Below, piece by piece: positions 29,998 to 40,105 of a stretch of DNA of 64,000 nucleotides (position 1 is its first letter; every line of letters starts with the position of its first letter). Both the position numbers and the translations under genes were made by a program. Below the pieces are notes generated by a model, which was not told where the DNA came from, ran no database searches, and saw only the letters and a program-made list of their open reading frames with translations. This DNA is from Acidimicrobiales bacterium (GTDB lineage Bacteria > Actinomycetota > Acidimicrobiia > Acidimicrobiales > JAUJNH01), in contig JAUJNH010000008.1 of NCBI GenBank assembly GCA_030448245.1, forward strand, positions 53,588 through 117,587. Direction: 5' to 3'.

Positions 29998-31966
29998 TTG
30001 GCCGAGGGCGGCCGGGAGGGGGAGACACCGCGGGTCGGTGCGCTGGACGGTGTCCGGGGCCTGGCTTTGGCGGCCGTCGTCGCCTTCCACGCCTTCCCGG
30101 CCCTCGTCCCCGGCGGCTTCTTCGGGGTCGAGGTCTTCTTCGTGCTGTCCGGCTACCTGTTGGCCAGCCTGCTCCTGGGCGAGCATGCCCGCACCGGCTC
30201 GGTCGACCTGCTGGCCTTCGCCCGGCGGCGCCTCCGCCGGATCGTGCCGGCCCTGTGGGTGTTGCTGGCCGCCCTCGTCGTGGCCGCCCCGGTGTTCGCC
30301 GGGGCCGACGTCCACCGCCTCCCGGGTGATGTGGCCTGGAGCGCCGGCGGGCTGACCAACTGGCACCTGGTGCTCGACCACAGCTCGTACTTCAACCAGC
30401 TCGGCCGCCCCCCACTGGTCCGCCACCTGTGGTCGGTGGCCGTCGAGGTTCAGTTCTACGTGGTGTGCCCCTTCGTGGTGCTCTGGGCCGCCCGGCGCCG
30501 GCGGCGGACGGTGGTCAGAGCCCTGGCCGCGGCGATCGCCGTCTCGGCCGTCCTCCTCGCCGCCCTCGGCCGCGGCGCCGACCCGTCGCGGGCCTACTAC
30601 GGCACCGACAGCCGGATCGGCGCGCTGCTCAGCGGGGTGCTGCTCGCCCTGGTGCTTCCTGACGCGCTGGGGCGGCGACACCGAACAGAGGGCCAGGCGA
30701 CGCGGAGTCAGGCGGCCCGCACCGGTAGGACGGCCGACCGGCTGGCCGCCGCCGGCACCGCCACCCTGCTGCTGGTCTTCTGGCTGGCTCGGGAGGACCA
30801 GCACCTGCTCTACCCGCTCGGGTTCCTCGCCGTGCAGGCGGCCACGGCCGCCACCATCACCGGGGCGGTGGCGGGCCGAGCCGCCCGGAGGTTGCTGGCC
30901 GTCCGGCCCCTGCGGTGGCTGGGTCAGCGCTCGTACGGCATCTACCTGTGGCACTGGCCCCTCGTCGCCCTGCTGCGCCCGGGCATCGACGTCGGCTGGG
31001 ACCCGGCGGTGGCGGGCGCGGCCGGCGTCGCCGGCGCCCTGGTGCTCGGCCACGCCTCGTTCGTCCTGGTGGAACGGCCCCTGCTGCAGCGGCGGCCCCC
31101 TCGCCTCCGGCTCCCCGTCGTGGCCCGCCCCGCGGCCATCGCCTCGGTCACCCTGTTCCTGGCCGGCGTCGTCGGGATCGTGGTGAACCTCCCGACGAAC
31201 GACCCGATCGTCGACACGCTCCGGGCGGGCGAGCAGGTGCTGGCGTCCCAGGCCGTGGTCGAGGCCCGGCCCGTGGTCGCCCCGGCCGTCCCGGTCGCCA
31301 CCACCGCGCTGCCCGCCACCACCTCGACCGCCCCAGCACCACCGGCCCCGACGACCACGGCTCGACCCACCACCACCGCAGCCACGGCCCCGGTTCCCGT
31401 CGCACCGCCCCCGACGGCCGCCCCCCTGCCCTCGGTCGCCGCCCTGCCCCAGGGCCGCCGCCCGGCTCGGTGACCGTCACGGCCATCGGCGACTCGGTGA
31501 TGCTGAGCGCCGCCGGGCCGCTCAAGCGCGGCTGGGCCCCAGCAGCGCCATCGACGCCAAGGTCAGCCGCCAGTTCCGGGAGGGCGTCAGCGTCGTCGCC
31601 CAGCTCCGCCAGCAGGGCCGCCTGGCCCCGGTGCTCCTCGTCCACCTCGGCACCAACGGGCCGCCGAGGGCGGCGGACGTCGACGCCATGGTGGCCGCCG
31701 CGGGCGGAGCCCGCGTCCTGTTCCTCACCGTGCAGGTGACCCGCTCGTGGGAAGCCGAGACCAACGACGTGCTCAGGGCCGCACCCGGGCGCCACCCGAA
31801 CACCGCGGTCGTCGACTGGTTCGCCCACAGCGAGGGCCGTCGCGACTGGTTCCAGTCGGACGGCGCCCACCTCACCGCCCGGGGCGGCGACGCCTACGCC
31901 GGCCTGGTCGGCTCGTCCCTCCCGCCGCCCCCGGCGGCCGCTCCCCCGTCCGCCCCGTCCGCCTAG
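29998..31966 (+). CDS. Acyltransferase-3 + SGNH hydrolase (OatA-like O-acyltransferase); frameshifts ~31460 and ~31530
   Basis: LDGVRGLA, GVEVFFVLSGYL, HLWSVAVEVQFY, RSYGIYLWHWP; then AIGDSVML, VHLGTNG, SDGAHL. Confidence 0.9.
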
Positions 31967-32670
31967 AAGAGCGTCGGCTCGCGCACGGTCCGCCCGCCCC
32001 ACGGGGTGTGGTCCATGAACACCCAGCTGCGGCGGTGGATGGCGCTGGGTCCGAATCCCTGGAGCACGGCCTTGTGCTTCGGGCACGGGTAGCCCTTGTT
32101 CTCGTCGAACCACCACCAGGGGTAGTGCTCGTGCATCTCGCGCATCAGCCGGTCGCGGGTGACCTTGGCCAGGATCGAGGCCGCGGCGATCGAGAGCACC
32201 GTGGCGTCGCCCTTGATGACCCGGATGGTGGTTCCCCGGCCGACGAAGTCCCAGCTCCCGTCGAGCAGCACCTTGTCGGGCACCACCTGCAGGCCGGCGA
32301 TGGCCCGCGAGGCGGCGATGCGCTGGGCGGCGGACATGCCCAGCTCGTCGCACTCCGCCTGGCTGGCCATGCCCACGTGCCACGCCGTGCACCAGCCGGC
32401 GATGCGGTCGAACAGCCGCTCACGCTCGCGCTCGGTCAGCATCTTCGAGTCGCGTACCCCGAGGACGCGGCGGCCCTGGGGGAGGACGGCGGCGCCGACG
32501 GCCAGCGGCCCGGCCCATGCCCCCCGCCCAACCTCGTCGAGGCCAACCACCACCTCGTGGCCGCTGGCCCACAGCTCCTTCTCGAGGGCGAGGGTGGGGG
32601 CGGTGGCCTTTGTGGGCTTGCGCCGGCCGGCCGGGCGCAGCAGCGGCGCCTTGGCGAGCGGTGCGGCCAC
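31963..32670 (-). CDS. rnhB: Ribonuclease HII
   Basis: GLDEVGRGAWAGP, VRDSKML, LLDG, KGDA..SIAAASILAKVTRD, NKGYP, IHRRSW. Confidence 0.96.
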   Translation of the reverse strand: MAAPLAKAPLLRPAGRRKPTKATAPTLALEKELWASGHEVVVGLDEVGRGAWAGPLAVGAAVLPQGRRVLGVRDSKMLTERERERLFDRIAGWCTAWHVGMASQAECDELGMSAAQRIAASRAIAGLQVVPDKVLLDGSWDFVGRGTTIRVIKGDATVLSIAAASILAKVTRDRLMREMHEHYPWWWFDENKGYPCPKHKAVLQGFGPSAIHRRSWVFMDHTPWGGRTVREPTLF

Positions 32671-32729
32671 GACGCCCGAGGGTACTGCCGCCTCGCCGGC
32701 GCCTCCGCGACGGCGCGGGCCAGCGAGCG

Positions 32730-33752
32730 TCAGCCGAGGGTGACGCCCGGCGGGCCGTCGGCCACCTCGCCGACCACGGCCCACCCCTCGTCGGCCAGGG
32801 CGGCCGCGTCAGCCGGCGGCACGGCGGCCAGCAGGCCCCCGCTGGTCTGCGGGTCGTAGCAGAGGGCCTCGTGCTCGGCGCTGGCCCCGTCGCCGACCGT
32901 GACCCGCGACTGGAGGGACGCCCGGTTGCGGGCGTCGCCGCCGGTTCGCACGCCCGCCTGGGCGGCGGCCAGCGCGCCCTGGTGGAGGGGCAGGGCGGCG
33001 GCGCTGAACCGCAGCGCCACCCGGCCCCGCTCGGCCACCTCCCACCCGTGGCCGAACAGGCCGTAACCGGTGACGTCCGTGCACGCCCGAGGGCCCGCGC
33101 CGTCGTCGACCTCGGCGAGCCGCTCGGCCGCCGCCCGGTTCAGCTGGCGCATCCACCCGATGGCCGCTGCCCGGTCAGCCTCGTCACCGCCGGCCAGGAC
33201 GATCCCGGTGCCGAGCGGCTTCGACAGGACCACGGCGTCGCCGGGGCGTGCGCCGCCCTTGGCCCACACCCGGTCGGGGTGCACGGTGCCCTGCACGGCC
33301 AGGCCGAAGATCGGCTCCTCGCTGCGGATGGTGTGGCCGCCGGCGATGATCCCGCCGGCGTCGGCCACGACGTCGGCGGCGGCGCCGAAGATGGCCTCGA
33401 TGGCCGCCACCGGCAGGCGCTCGGGGAAGGCGGCGACGTTGACGGCGAGGCGCACCCGGCCACCCATGGCGAACACGTCGGAGCAGGCGTTGGCCGCGGC
33501 GATGGCGCCGAAGTCGGCCGGATCGTCGACCAGCGGCGGGAAGAAGTCGGTGGTGCTGACCAGGGCGATGTCGTCGGTGAGGCGCAGCACGGCGGCGTCG
33601 TCGAACGGCGCCAGGCCGACGAGCAGGTCACCGGCACCGCCGGCGGCCGCCAGCCGGGCCACCAGGTCGCGCAGGGGGGCGGCGCCCCACTTGGCCGCAC
33701 ACCCGCCGCATGCCGTCCACTCGGTGAGCCGCAGAGCCTCGGTCGTCGTCAT
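32730..33752 (-). CDS. selD: Selenide, water dikinase (Cys form)
   Basis: ACGGCAAK, DDAAV, TTDFFPPLVDDP, ANACSDVFAMGG, GGHT, TDVTGYGLFGH, DPQTSGGLL. Confidence 0.95.
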   Translation of the reverse strand: MTTTEALRLTEWTACGGCAAKWGAAPLRDLVARLAAAGGAGDLLVGLAPFDDAAVLRLTDDIALVSTTDFFPPLVDDPADFGAIAAANACSDVFAMGGRVRLAVNVAAFPERLPVAAIEAIFGAAADVVADAGGIIAGGHTIRSEEPIFGLAVQGTVHPDRVWAKGGARPGDAVVLSKPLGTGIVLAGGDEADRAAAIGWMRQLNRAAAERLAEVDDGAGPRACTDVTGYGLFGHGWEVAERGRVALRFSAAALPLHQGALAAAQAGVRTGGDARNRASLQSRVTVGDGASAEHEALCYDPQTSGGLLAAVPPADAAALADEGWAVVGEVADGPPGVTLG

Positions 33753-34321
33753 GAGGGTGGACCGTACCCAGGTGGGGGAGGTTGTGTTCCCCACCCGGTC
33801 GAGGCCGGCGGCCCGGGCGGCCGCCGCCGCCGGTTGCGGCGGACCAGGACGACGATGAGCACGACGATGGCGGCGAGCAACACCAGGCCGCCGAGGAACA
33901 GCCCGAGGACGACCAGGCCGATGGTGCGGAGGTCGCTCTCCTGGAAGCCCTCGTCGAGCGAGGGGTCGCGAGGCCCGAAGCGCCGCTCGAGCTCGCCCCG
34001 GTCAGCCGTGTAGGTGCCCTCGCCGCCGAAGCCGTTGGTGCAGGCCACCTCGAGGCGCTCGATCCGCAGGGGGAGCTCCCGCCACACCACCGAGGCGGCG
34101 TCGGCGGCGGCCGCGCTGAGGTCTTCGACGTCCTTGGTGACCGTGACCCGGTACGCGTCGCGGCCGTCGAGCTCGACGTCAGGGCTTCCGAACCCGGCCC
34201 GGTCGAGCTCCTCGACGGTGGACACGAAGCCCTTGGCCAGCCCGCACCCGGCGATGACGAGGGCGGCGAGTGCGGCGGCGGCGATGAGGCAGAGCCGTGC
34301 TCCGGTTTGCCTGTTGCCGAC
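33749..34321 (-). CDS. Putative lipoprotein with C-terminal TM anchor (start uncertain)
   Basis: LAALVIAGCG lipobox; C-terminal TM helix, basic stop-transfer and Pro-rich tail. Confidence 0.65.
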   Translation of the reverse strand, partial: VGNRQTGARLCLIAAAALAALVIAGCGLAKGFVSTVEELDRAGFGSPDVELDGRDAYRVTVTKDVEDLSAAAADAASVVWRELPLRIERLEVACTNGFGGEGTYTADRGELERRFGPRDPSLDEGFQESDLRTIGLVVLGLFLGGLVLLAAIVVLIVVLVRRNRRRRPPGPPASTGWGTQPPPPGYGPPS

Positions 34322-34351
34322 CGGCCGATCAGCGGGCAGGCTCGGGTCGCA

Positions 34352-34579
34352 GTGGTCGATCCTCAGCAGGCGACGGGCGGAGGGCCCCGGCCGCTCGCCA
34401 CCGGCACCCGGGTCGAGGTCCGCCGCCGCTACGACCACCGGTGGGCCAGGGGCTTCGAGGTGGCCGGGGTCGAGGAGGGCCGCTACCTGGTCAGGCGGCT
34501 GTCCGACGGATCGCTCCTCCCCGCCACCTTTGAGCGGGTCGACCTGCGCAGGGAGCGCCAGGACGCCTGGTGGTTCTGA
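34352..34579 (+). CDS. Small SH3/Tudor-like hypothetical protein
   Basis: GTRVEVRRRYDHRWARGFEV..YLVRRLSDGSLLPATF..WWF. Confidence 0.7.
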   Translation: MVDPQQATGGGPRPLATGTRVEVRRRYDHRWARGFEVAGVEEGRYLVRRLSDGSLLPATFERVDLRRERQDAWWF

Positions 34580-34596
34580 GCGTTCGAGACCCCGGT

Positions 34597-34878
34597 TCAC
34601 AGGCCCTGGATGAAGTCGTCGATGCCAATCGCCGGGATGGTCTGGGTCTTCAACGTGCCCCGCGCTCCGAGCATGACGGCGACCCGCGCCACGGTCAGGG
34701 TGTCGGGAGCCTCGAGGACGTTGAGGAAGTCCCACTCGCCGAGCAGTGCGTACTGGGCGACGATGCGCACCCCCATCGCCTCGACCTCGCTGTTGACCTC
34801 GCTGATCCGGCCCGGGTGCTCCTTCAACGTGGCCGCCCCGTTGGGCCCCAGGGTCGAGAGCATCAGGAAGGTGGCCAT
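34597..34878 (-). CDS. GYD domain-containing protein
   Basis: MATFLMLSTL..QYALLGEWDFLNVLEAPD..GTLKTQTIPA. Confidence 0.88.
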   Translation of the reverse strand: MATFLMLSTLGPNGAATLKEHPGRISEVNSEVEAMGVRIVAQYALLGEWDFLNVLEAPDTLTVARVAVMLGARGTLKTQTIPAIGIDDFIQGL

Positions 34879-34925
34879 GGCCCGACGGTAGGCGGCGGCG
34901 ACCGGGGTCGCCACAGGGTCCCGGC

Positions 34926-35333
34926 TCAGCAGCGGTCGATCTGCGCCCGCTCCGACTCGTCCGGCTCCGTCCCGAGGAACGCCACGATGACCTCCTCGGC
35001 CAGCGCCTCGCTGGTGAGGCGCAGCGAGAGGGCCAGGACGTTCGCGTCGTTCCAGCGGCGGGCTCCACGTGCCGTCTCGGCGTCGGTGCACAGAGCCGCC
35101 CGCACCGCCGGGCTGGCGTGGTTGGCGGCAATCGAGACCCCGGTACCGGTCCAACAGCAGACGATCCCGACATCGGCCTGGCCGGCGGCCACGGCCTCGC
35201 CCACCCGCCGGCCGGCGTCGGGCCAGTCGTCGCCGTCGGCCAGGACGTCGACGTCGTGGCCCGACTCGACCAGGCCGCCGACGATTCCCTTGGTCAGGGC
35301 CGTCGACTCGTCGGAGCCAAAGGCGATGCGCAT
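34926..35333 (-). CDS. rpiB: RpiB/LacA/LacB family sugar-phosphate isomerase
   Basis: MRIAFGSD, CCWTGTGVSIAAN, ARRWNDANVLAL. Confidence 0.9.
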   Translation of the reverse strand: MRIAFGSDESTALTKGIVGGLVESGHDVDVLADGDDWPDAGRRVGEAVAAGQADVGIVCCWTGTGVSIAANHASPAVRAALCTDAETARGARRWNDANVLALSLRLTSEALAEEVIVAFLGTEPDESERAQIDRC

Positions 35334-36220
35334 CAGCACACCTCCAATGCGGCGCAGACGGCGTCGACGGGCACGGCGAACGAGAGCCCCTCGGCGCCGT
35401 TGCCGACCAGCTTGGCGGTGGCCACGCCGAGGACGTGGCCCCGCCGGTCGACGACGGGCCCTCCGCTGTTGCCGGGGCTGACCGGGGCCGAGAACTGCAG
35501 GGAGCCGGGGCGCACGGCGGACACGATGCCACTGGACGCGGACCCGGCGAGACCGAGCGGCGATCCGATGGCGAGGACGGGGTCGCCGACCTTGGGCGCC
35601 GTGGTCGCTCGCACCAGCGCGGGCAGCTCGGCGGCGACCTCGACGAGGGCCAGGTCGCGCTCCTCGACCACCCGTCGCACGGTGCCGGTGAGCCGCCGCC
35701 CCTCGTTGGCCACCATGACCTCACGGGATGGGGACGCCCACGCCTCCTCGACCACGTGGAAGTTGGTGACGAGGGTGCTGCGGCCGCCGGCGGTGCGCAG
35801 GACGAAGCCCGACCCGATGCCCTGCTCCGTGCGGATCGTGAAGACCGACGGCTGCACCGCGCTGGCCACCTTGGGCAGGTCCGGCTGCTCGCCGACCTTG
35901 GCCTCGAGGGCTCCAAGGCGCTCGGCCAGCCCGTTGGTGGCGGCGACGCCGGCCGCGATCTGCTCGTCGGCCAGGCGGGCCGACGCGGCGGCGCTGGCCT
36001 GCTGGTCGGCGAGGCGATCCCGCAGGCGGACCACGGTCACGGCGAGACCGGCGCTCGTGGCCACCAGCGCGGCCACGAGCGCCGTGAGCAGCGCCCGCGG
36101 CCAGCGGCGGGGCCGGGCCGGGCTGGTGGCCAGGACCGACGGGTCGGGCGGCACGGGATGCAGCTGCTGCGGCGGCGGGTAGGGGACGACCGGGGGCGGG
36201 CTGCCGCCGGGGTCAGCCAC
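35333..36220 (-). CDS. Membrane-anchored trypsin-like (S1C/HtrA-type) serine protease, no PDZ domain
   Basis: GSGFV, VTNFHVV, DLAL, AIGSPLGL, PGNSGGP. Confidence 0.9.
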   Translation of the reverse strand: MADPGGSPPPVVPYPPPQQLHPVPPDPSVLATSPARPRRWPRALLTALVAALVATSAGLAVTVVRLRDRLADQQASAAASARLADEQIAAGVAATNGLAERLGALEAKVGEQPDLPKVASAVQPSVFTIRTEQGIGSGFVLRTAGGRSTLVTNFHVVEEAWASPSREVMVANEGRRLTGTVRRVVEERDLALVEVAAELPALVRATTAPKVGDPVLAIGSPLGLAGSASSGIVSAVRPGSLQFSAPVSPGNSGGPVVDRRGHVLGVATAKLVGNGAEGLSFAVPVDAVCAALEVC

Positions 36221-36362
36221 GACCGCTGCCCCGGACCCGCTGCTCGAACCGCTCGCGCACCGACTCGGAGCCGAGGAGGCCCACGAGGAAGTCGTGCACC
36301 CGCCGGTGGGCAGCCTCGTCGACCGGCCCCTCGGCTGGCGTCCCGTTCCGCTCCGAGCTCAT
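36213..36362 (-). CDS. Small hypothetical protein (49 aa)
   Basis: MSSERNG..HRRVHDFLVGLLGSESVRERFE; overlaps both neighbours in operon fashion. Confidence 0.5.
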   Translation of the reverse strand: MSSERNGTPAEGPVDEAAHRRVHDFLVGLLGSESVRERFEQRVRGSGRG

Positions 36363-38272
36363 GACAGCTCCACGGTGCCACCGCCCGGGGCGGTGGTCGA
36401 GGCCGGGCCCGACAGGAGGGCTTCGCCCCGGGCCTCGGTGGTTCCGAACCGAGGGTCGAGGCCCGGCGCGGTGAGGCGCAGCGGGCCGGTGGCCTCCCAC
36501 AGCAGAGCCGGCCGAGGGCCGTGCCACCGGACGGCGTACGACAGCCGGACGCCTCCGGACAGCGGGACATCGTCGACCTCCACCGGCTGGCCCCTCCACC
36601 CCTCCGGCACCAGCGGCAGCACCGCCGCGTGGCCGGCCGTCGGCTCGCTGACGAGCAGGTCCCGCACCAGGAGCACGAAGGCGGCGCTGGCCGCGAGGCT
36701 GTGCCCGTCGCCGTCGCTCCCGGCACCGGTCCGGGGGTGGACGTGGTCGGGCCACGCCCACGTGGGCCCACCGGCGTCGAGCAGCCACGTCAGCCGCTCG
36801 AGCGCGACGGGCTCACCCGCCTCGACGTCGGCGGCCGCGGCCGCGGCGGTGGCAGCCACGTCGAAGCCGGCTGGTCCGGCGACGGCGGGCCGCTCGGCGC
36901 CGCTCGGCGGCCGGGCCAACGAGAGGAGGCCGGCGGCGGTCGAGGTGGGCGGCGGCGCCTCGTCGCCCTGGAGGCCGGCGGACAGGGCCGCTGCCGCGGT
37001 GGCCGCTCCGGCCTCGCTGGCCGCGTGCCCGGCGGCCCGGCGGCCGGCTGCCGCCCACCGCCGGCTCACCGGTGTGAGGGCGCGGCGGCCTTCGCTCTCG
37101 CGCAGCCAGCCTTCGGCGGCCACCAGGCTGGGGCCGAGTGGCCCGAGGAGCCCGCGGTCAGGCCGGAGGCGCAGGTGCTCCCCCAGCGCCCAGAGGTGGG
37201 GACCGCCGGGTGTTCCGCCGCCGGCCGGCTCGTCGAAGCTGCCGTCGGTGCGCTGGCGGGCCCACAGGGCTCGCACCAGGTCGTCCGCCTCGGCCGAACG
37301 CCCGGTGCGGGCCAGGGCGGCGACGACCAGGGCGGCCGTCTCGGCCCCGCCGGGCCGTTCGCGTTCGACGAGCAGGAGGTCGCAGCGGGCGGCGTCGAGG
37401 GCGCGCTGCAGCAGCGGGTCGGGGACGGTGGCCCGCAGGCCGGTGCGGCCCTGGGCCCGCCAGCCCCGGACGGCGGCGGCGGCGCCGGTCGCCGGCAGCC
37501 CATCCGCCGTCGCCGGGTGGCCCGTCGGGACGGCCGCCCGGAAGGTGGTCCGGTGGGCCACCGGGACCAGGATGGCGGCCGACGCCAGCGCTTCGGGACA
37601 GGCGACGCCGGCATCGCCGGTGGCGCCGGCATGGCCCCGCAGGACCACGCCGGCCACGTCGCCGGCGGCTGCGGTCGAGGTGGCCACCCGCCCGGGTCGG
37701 CCCGCCAGCACCAGGGCGACGGCTCCATCGACCTGCACCTCGCGGCCGTCGACCGTCACCGAGCGGACGGTGGTCGCCCCGAGCGGGTCGTAGGGGCGGA
37801 TGGCGAGGGCGAGGGCGAAGGGCGCCGGCGACCGGTTCTCGACCTCGATCACGACGAAGCCGGGAACGCCGAAGCAGCGGTGGACGGCGTCGCCTCCGGG
37901 GACCCGCAGCACCGTCTCGACGACCGGCGTCGACTCGAGGAGGGACTGGCGAACCGCAGCCTCCCGACTCGGCAGCCGCCAGCGGTCGTCGGCGCCCACC
38001 CACCAGTCGAGCGACCAGCCCCCCAGCCGAGGGGTGACCAGCCCGGCGGGGTCGACGGCGGCGGCGGGCCCTCCGACGGCTCCGACGAGCGTCCACCGCC
38101 GCCCCGTGCGGTTGACCAGCCCCTCTCCCGCCAGCCGCGGAACGAAGGCCACGTTGGCCGGGTCACCCTGCCGAGACAGCCCCCAAGGCAGCACCCACCC
38201 CCCATCCACCAACCGAGCCGTCCGCGCCGCCCGATCAACCTCCGCCCCCCGACCCCGACGCCCCCACCCCAC
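36359..38272 (-). CDS. Conserved hypothetical, possibly six-hairpin glycosidase-like protein (start uncertain)
   Basis: WSLDWWVGADDRW, ALAIRPY, WPDHVHPRTGAGSDGDGH, LSYAVRWHGPRPALLWE. Confidence 0.65.
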   Translation of the reverse strand: MGWGRRGRGAEVDRAARTARLVDGGWVLPWGLSRQGDPANVAFVPRLAGEGLVNRTGRRWTLVGAVGGPAAAVDPAGLVTPRLGGWSLDWWVGADDRWRLPSREAAVRQSLLESTPVVETVLRVPGGDAVHRCFGVPGFVVIEVENRSPAPFALALAIRPYDPLGATTVRSVTVDGREVQVDGAVALVLAGRPGRVATSTAAAGDVAGVVLRGHAGATGDAGVACPEALASAAILVPVAHRTTFRAAVPTGHPATADGLPATGAAAAVRGWRAQGRTGLRATVPDPLLQRALDAARCDLLLVERERPGGAETAALVVAALARTGRSAEADDLVRALWARQRTDGSFDEPAGGGTPGGPHLWALGEHLRLRPDRGLLGPLGPSLVAAEGWLRESEGRRALTPVSRRWAAAGRRAAGHAASEAGAATAAAALSAGLQGDEAPPPTSTAAGLLSLARPPSGAERPAVAGPAGFDVAATAAAAAADVEAGEPVALERLTWLLDAGGPTWAWPDHVHPRTGAGSDGDGHSLAASAAFVLLVRDLLVSEPTAGHAAVLPLVPEGWRGQPVEVDDVPLSGGVRLSYAVRWHGPRPALLWEATGPLRLTAPGLDPRFGTTEARGEALLSGPASTTAPGGGTVELS

Positions 38273-38447
38273 CCCGGGGTGTCTACCCCCTCGGCGCGTG
38301 GTGGTGGCTTGCAGGGGGGCGTGGGGGGCAGATGCCCCCCACAGACGGCCCGCAGGAGGCTCCGCCTCCGAGGAGCCTGAGCGCGGCCGGAGGCCGCACG
38401 ACCTACCGGAGGGGGGTCGGGGGGAGGGGCTCCGCCCCTCCCCCCGA
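38271..38447. repeat. Cluster of GC-rich hairpins (REP/MITE-like or terminator)
   Basis: GTGGGGGGCA-GA-TGCCCCCCAC (38321-38342) and TCGGGGGGAGGGGC-TCC-GCCCCTCCCCCCGA (38417-38447), plus shorter inverted repeats, abutting the gpsA stop. Confidence 0.6.
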
Positions 38448-39449
38448 TTACATGATCCCGTCATGCTCGAAGCCGGTGCCGCGAGCCAGGAGGCTCCCGA
38501 GGGCGTCGGTCACGGTCCAGCCTTCGTGGCAGACGCCGGCTACGGCCTCGGCGATGGGCAGGTCGAGGCCGGCGCGGCGGGCGAGGTCGACGACGGCTCG
38601 GCTGGTCTTCACGCCTTCGGCCACCATGTTCATCTCGGCGACGACCTGCTCGATGGTCTTGCCGCCGCCGAGCGCCACGCCGACGGCGCGGTTCCGGCTC
38701 TGGGGGCTCGAGCAGGTGGCGACGAGGTCGCCCATGCCGGCCAGGCCTGAGAACGTGAGCGGGCGGCCGCCGAGGGCGACCCCGAGGCGGGAGAGCTCGG
38801 CCAGGCCGCGGGTGATGAGGCTGGCCTTGGTGTTGTCGCCGAAGCCCATGCCGTGGGCCATGCCGACGGCGATGGCGACGACGTTCTTCAGGGCGCCAGC
38901 CAGCTCGCAGCCGACGACGTCGTCGTTGGTGTACACCCGGAACACGGGCGTGCCGAAGACCGACATGAGCCGCTCGGCGAGCGCCAGGTCGGCGAAGGCG
39001 ACGACCGAGGCGGCCGGCTGGGCCGCGGCCACCTCCTTGGCCAGGTTGGGCCCGGTGAGCACGCCGACCGGGCTGTCCGGCAGGACCTGCTGGACCACCT
39101 CGGTCATGCGCAGCAGCGTGCCCTGCTCGACACCCTTGGCCAGGCTGACCACCGGGGTCCCGGGGCCGACGTGGGGTGCGGCCTGCTGGAGCACCGAGCG
39201 GAAGCCGTGGCTGGGAACGCCCAGCACCAGGATGTCGGCGCCCGCAACGGCCTGCTCGAGGTCACTGGTGGCCCGGACGCCCGGTGGGAGCACGTAGCCG
39301 GGCAGGTAGGCCGAGTTGGTGTGGTCGAGGTCGACCTCCTCGGCGACCTCCGGCCGCCGGGCCCAGAGGAGCACGTCGGCTCGCCGCTGGCACAGCCCTG
39401 CCACGGCGGTGCCCCAGCTGCCGGCCCCGACCACGGCCACCGTCGTCAT
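38448..39449 (-). CDS. gpsA: NAD(P)H-dependent glycerol-3-phosphate dehydrogenase
   Basis: GAGSWGTA, SLAKGVE, TGPNLAKEV, GALKNVVAIA, GMGDLVATCSS..SRN, VAEGV. Confidence 0.97.
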   Translation of the reverse strand: MTTVAVVGAGSWGTAVAGLCQRRADVLLWARRPEVAEEVDLDHTNSAYLPGYVLPPGVRATSDLEQAVAGADILVLGVPSHGFRSVLQQAAPHVGPGTPVVSLAKGVEQGTLLRMTEVVQQVLPDSPVGVLTGPNLAKEVAAAQPAASVVAFADLALAERLMSVFGTPVFRVYTNDDVVGCELAGALKNVVAIAVGMAHGMGFGDNTKASLITRGLAELSRLGVALGGRPLTFSGLAGMGDLVATCSSPQSRNRAVGVALGGGKTIEQVVAEMNMVAEGVKTSRAVVDLARRAGLDLPIAEAVAGVCHEGWTVTDALGSLLARGTGFEHDGIM

Positions 39450-39508
39450 CGGCTGGACCGTAGCCCTGACTTCGCGGGCGGGAAGTCGAGCGCGCGGGCT
39501 GCCCTACG

Positions 39509-40105
39509 GTGGTGGCGGTGGAGGCGGACGCCGCGGTGCTCGTGCCGGTGAAGGCCTTCGGCGAGGCCAAGCGGCGGCTGAGCCCGGCGCTCGGCGCGGC
39601 CGAACGTGCGGCCCTGTCGCGCCGCTTGACGGCCGGGGTCATCGCCGCCGCGGCGCCGCTGCCCGTGGCCGTGGTGTGCGACGACCGGGAGGTTGCGGGG
39701 TGGGCGCGCTCGCTCGGGGCCCTGGTCATCTGGGAGCCGGGCCGCGGGCTGAACGGTGCTGTCGCCGCCGGGGTGGCCCACCTCGCCGGGGAGGGTGTGC
39801 GCGTGGTGGGGGTGGCCCACGGCGACCTGGCGCAGCCGGCGGGGCTGGGAGCGCTCTGCACCGGCCATCCTCAGCGGGCGCTCTCCCTGGTGCCCGACGG
39901 CCGCGACGACGGCACGAACGTCGTCGTGGTGCCCACCGCCGCCGCCTTCCGGTTCTCCTACGGCCCCGGCTCGTTCCGCCGGCACCTGGACGAGGCGGAC
40001 GCCCTCGACCTGCCCGTGCGGGTGGTGCGGGGTACCGGCCTGTCCCTCGACGTCGACCTGCCGTCCGATCTCTCGCTCCCCGGGGCCCCTGCGGGTGGCC
40101 GGTGA
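39509..40105 (+). CDS. cofC: 2-phospho-L-lactate/PEP guanylyltransferase (F420 biosynthesis, CofC/FbiD)
   Basis: LVPVKAFGEAKRRLS, GLNGAV, HGDL, DGTN, YGPGSFRRH, DVDLPSDL. Confidence 0.92.
   Translation: MVAVEADAAVLVPVKAFGEAKRRLSPALGAAERAALSRRLTAGVIAAAAPLPVAVVCDDREVAGWARSLGALVIWEPGRGLNGAVAAGVAHLAGEGVRVVGVAHGDLAQPAGLGALCTGHPQRALSLVPDGRDDGTNVVVVPTAAAFRFSYGPGSFRRHLDEADALDLPVRVVRGTGLSLDVDLPSDLSLPGAPAGGR

Noticed and set aside
33695-33725. Selenocysteine in SelD
   Set aside because: The motif is encoded TGC GGC GGG TGT (CGGC); there is no in-frame TGA
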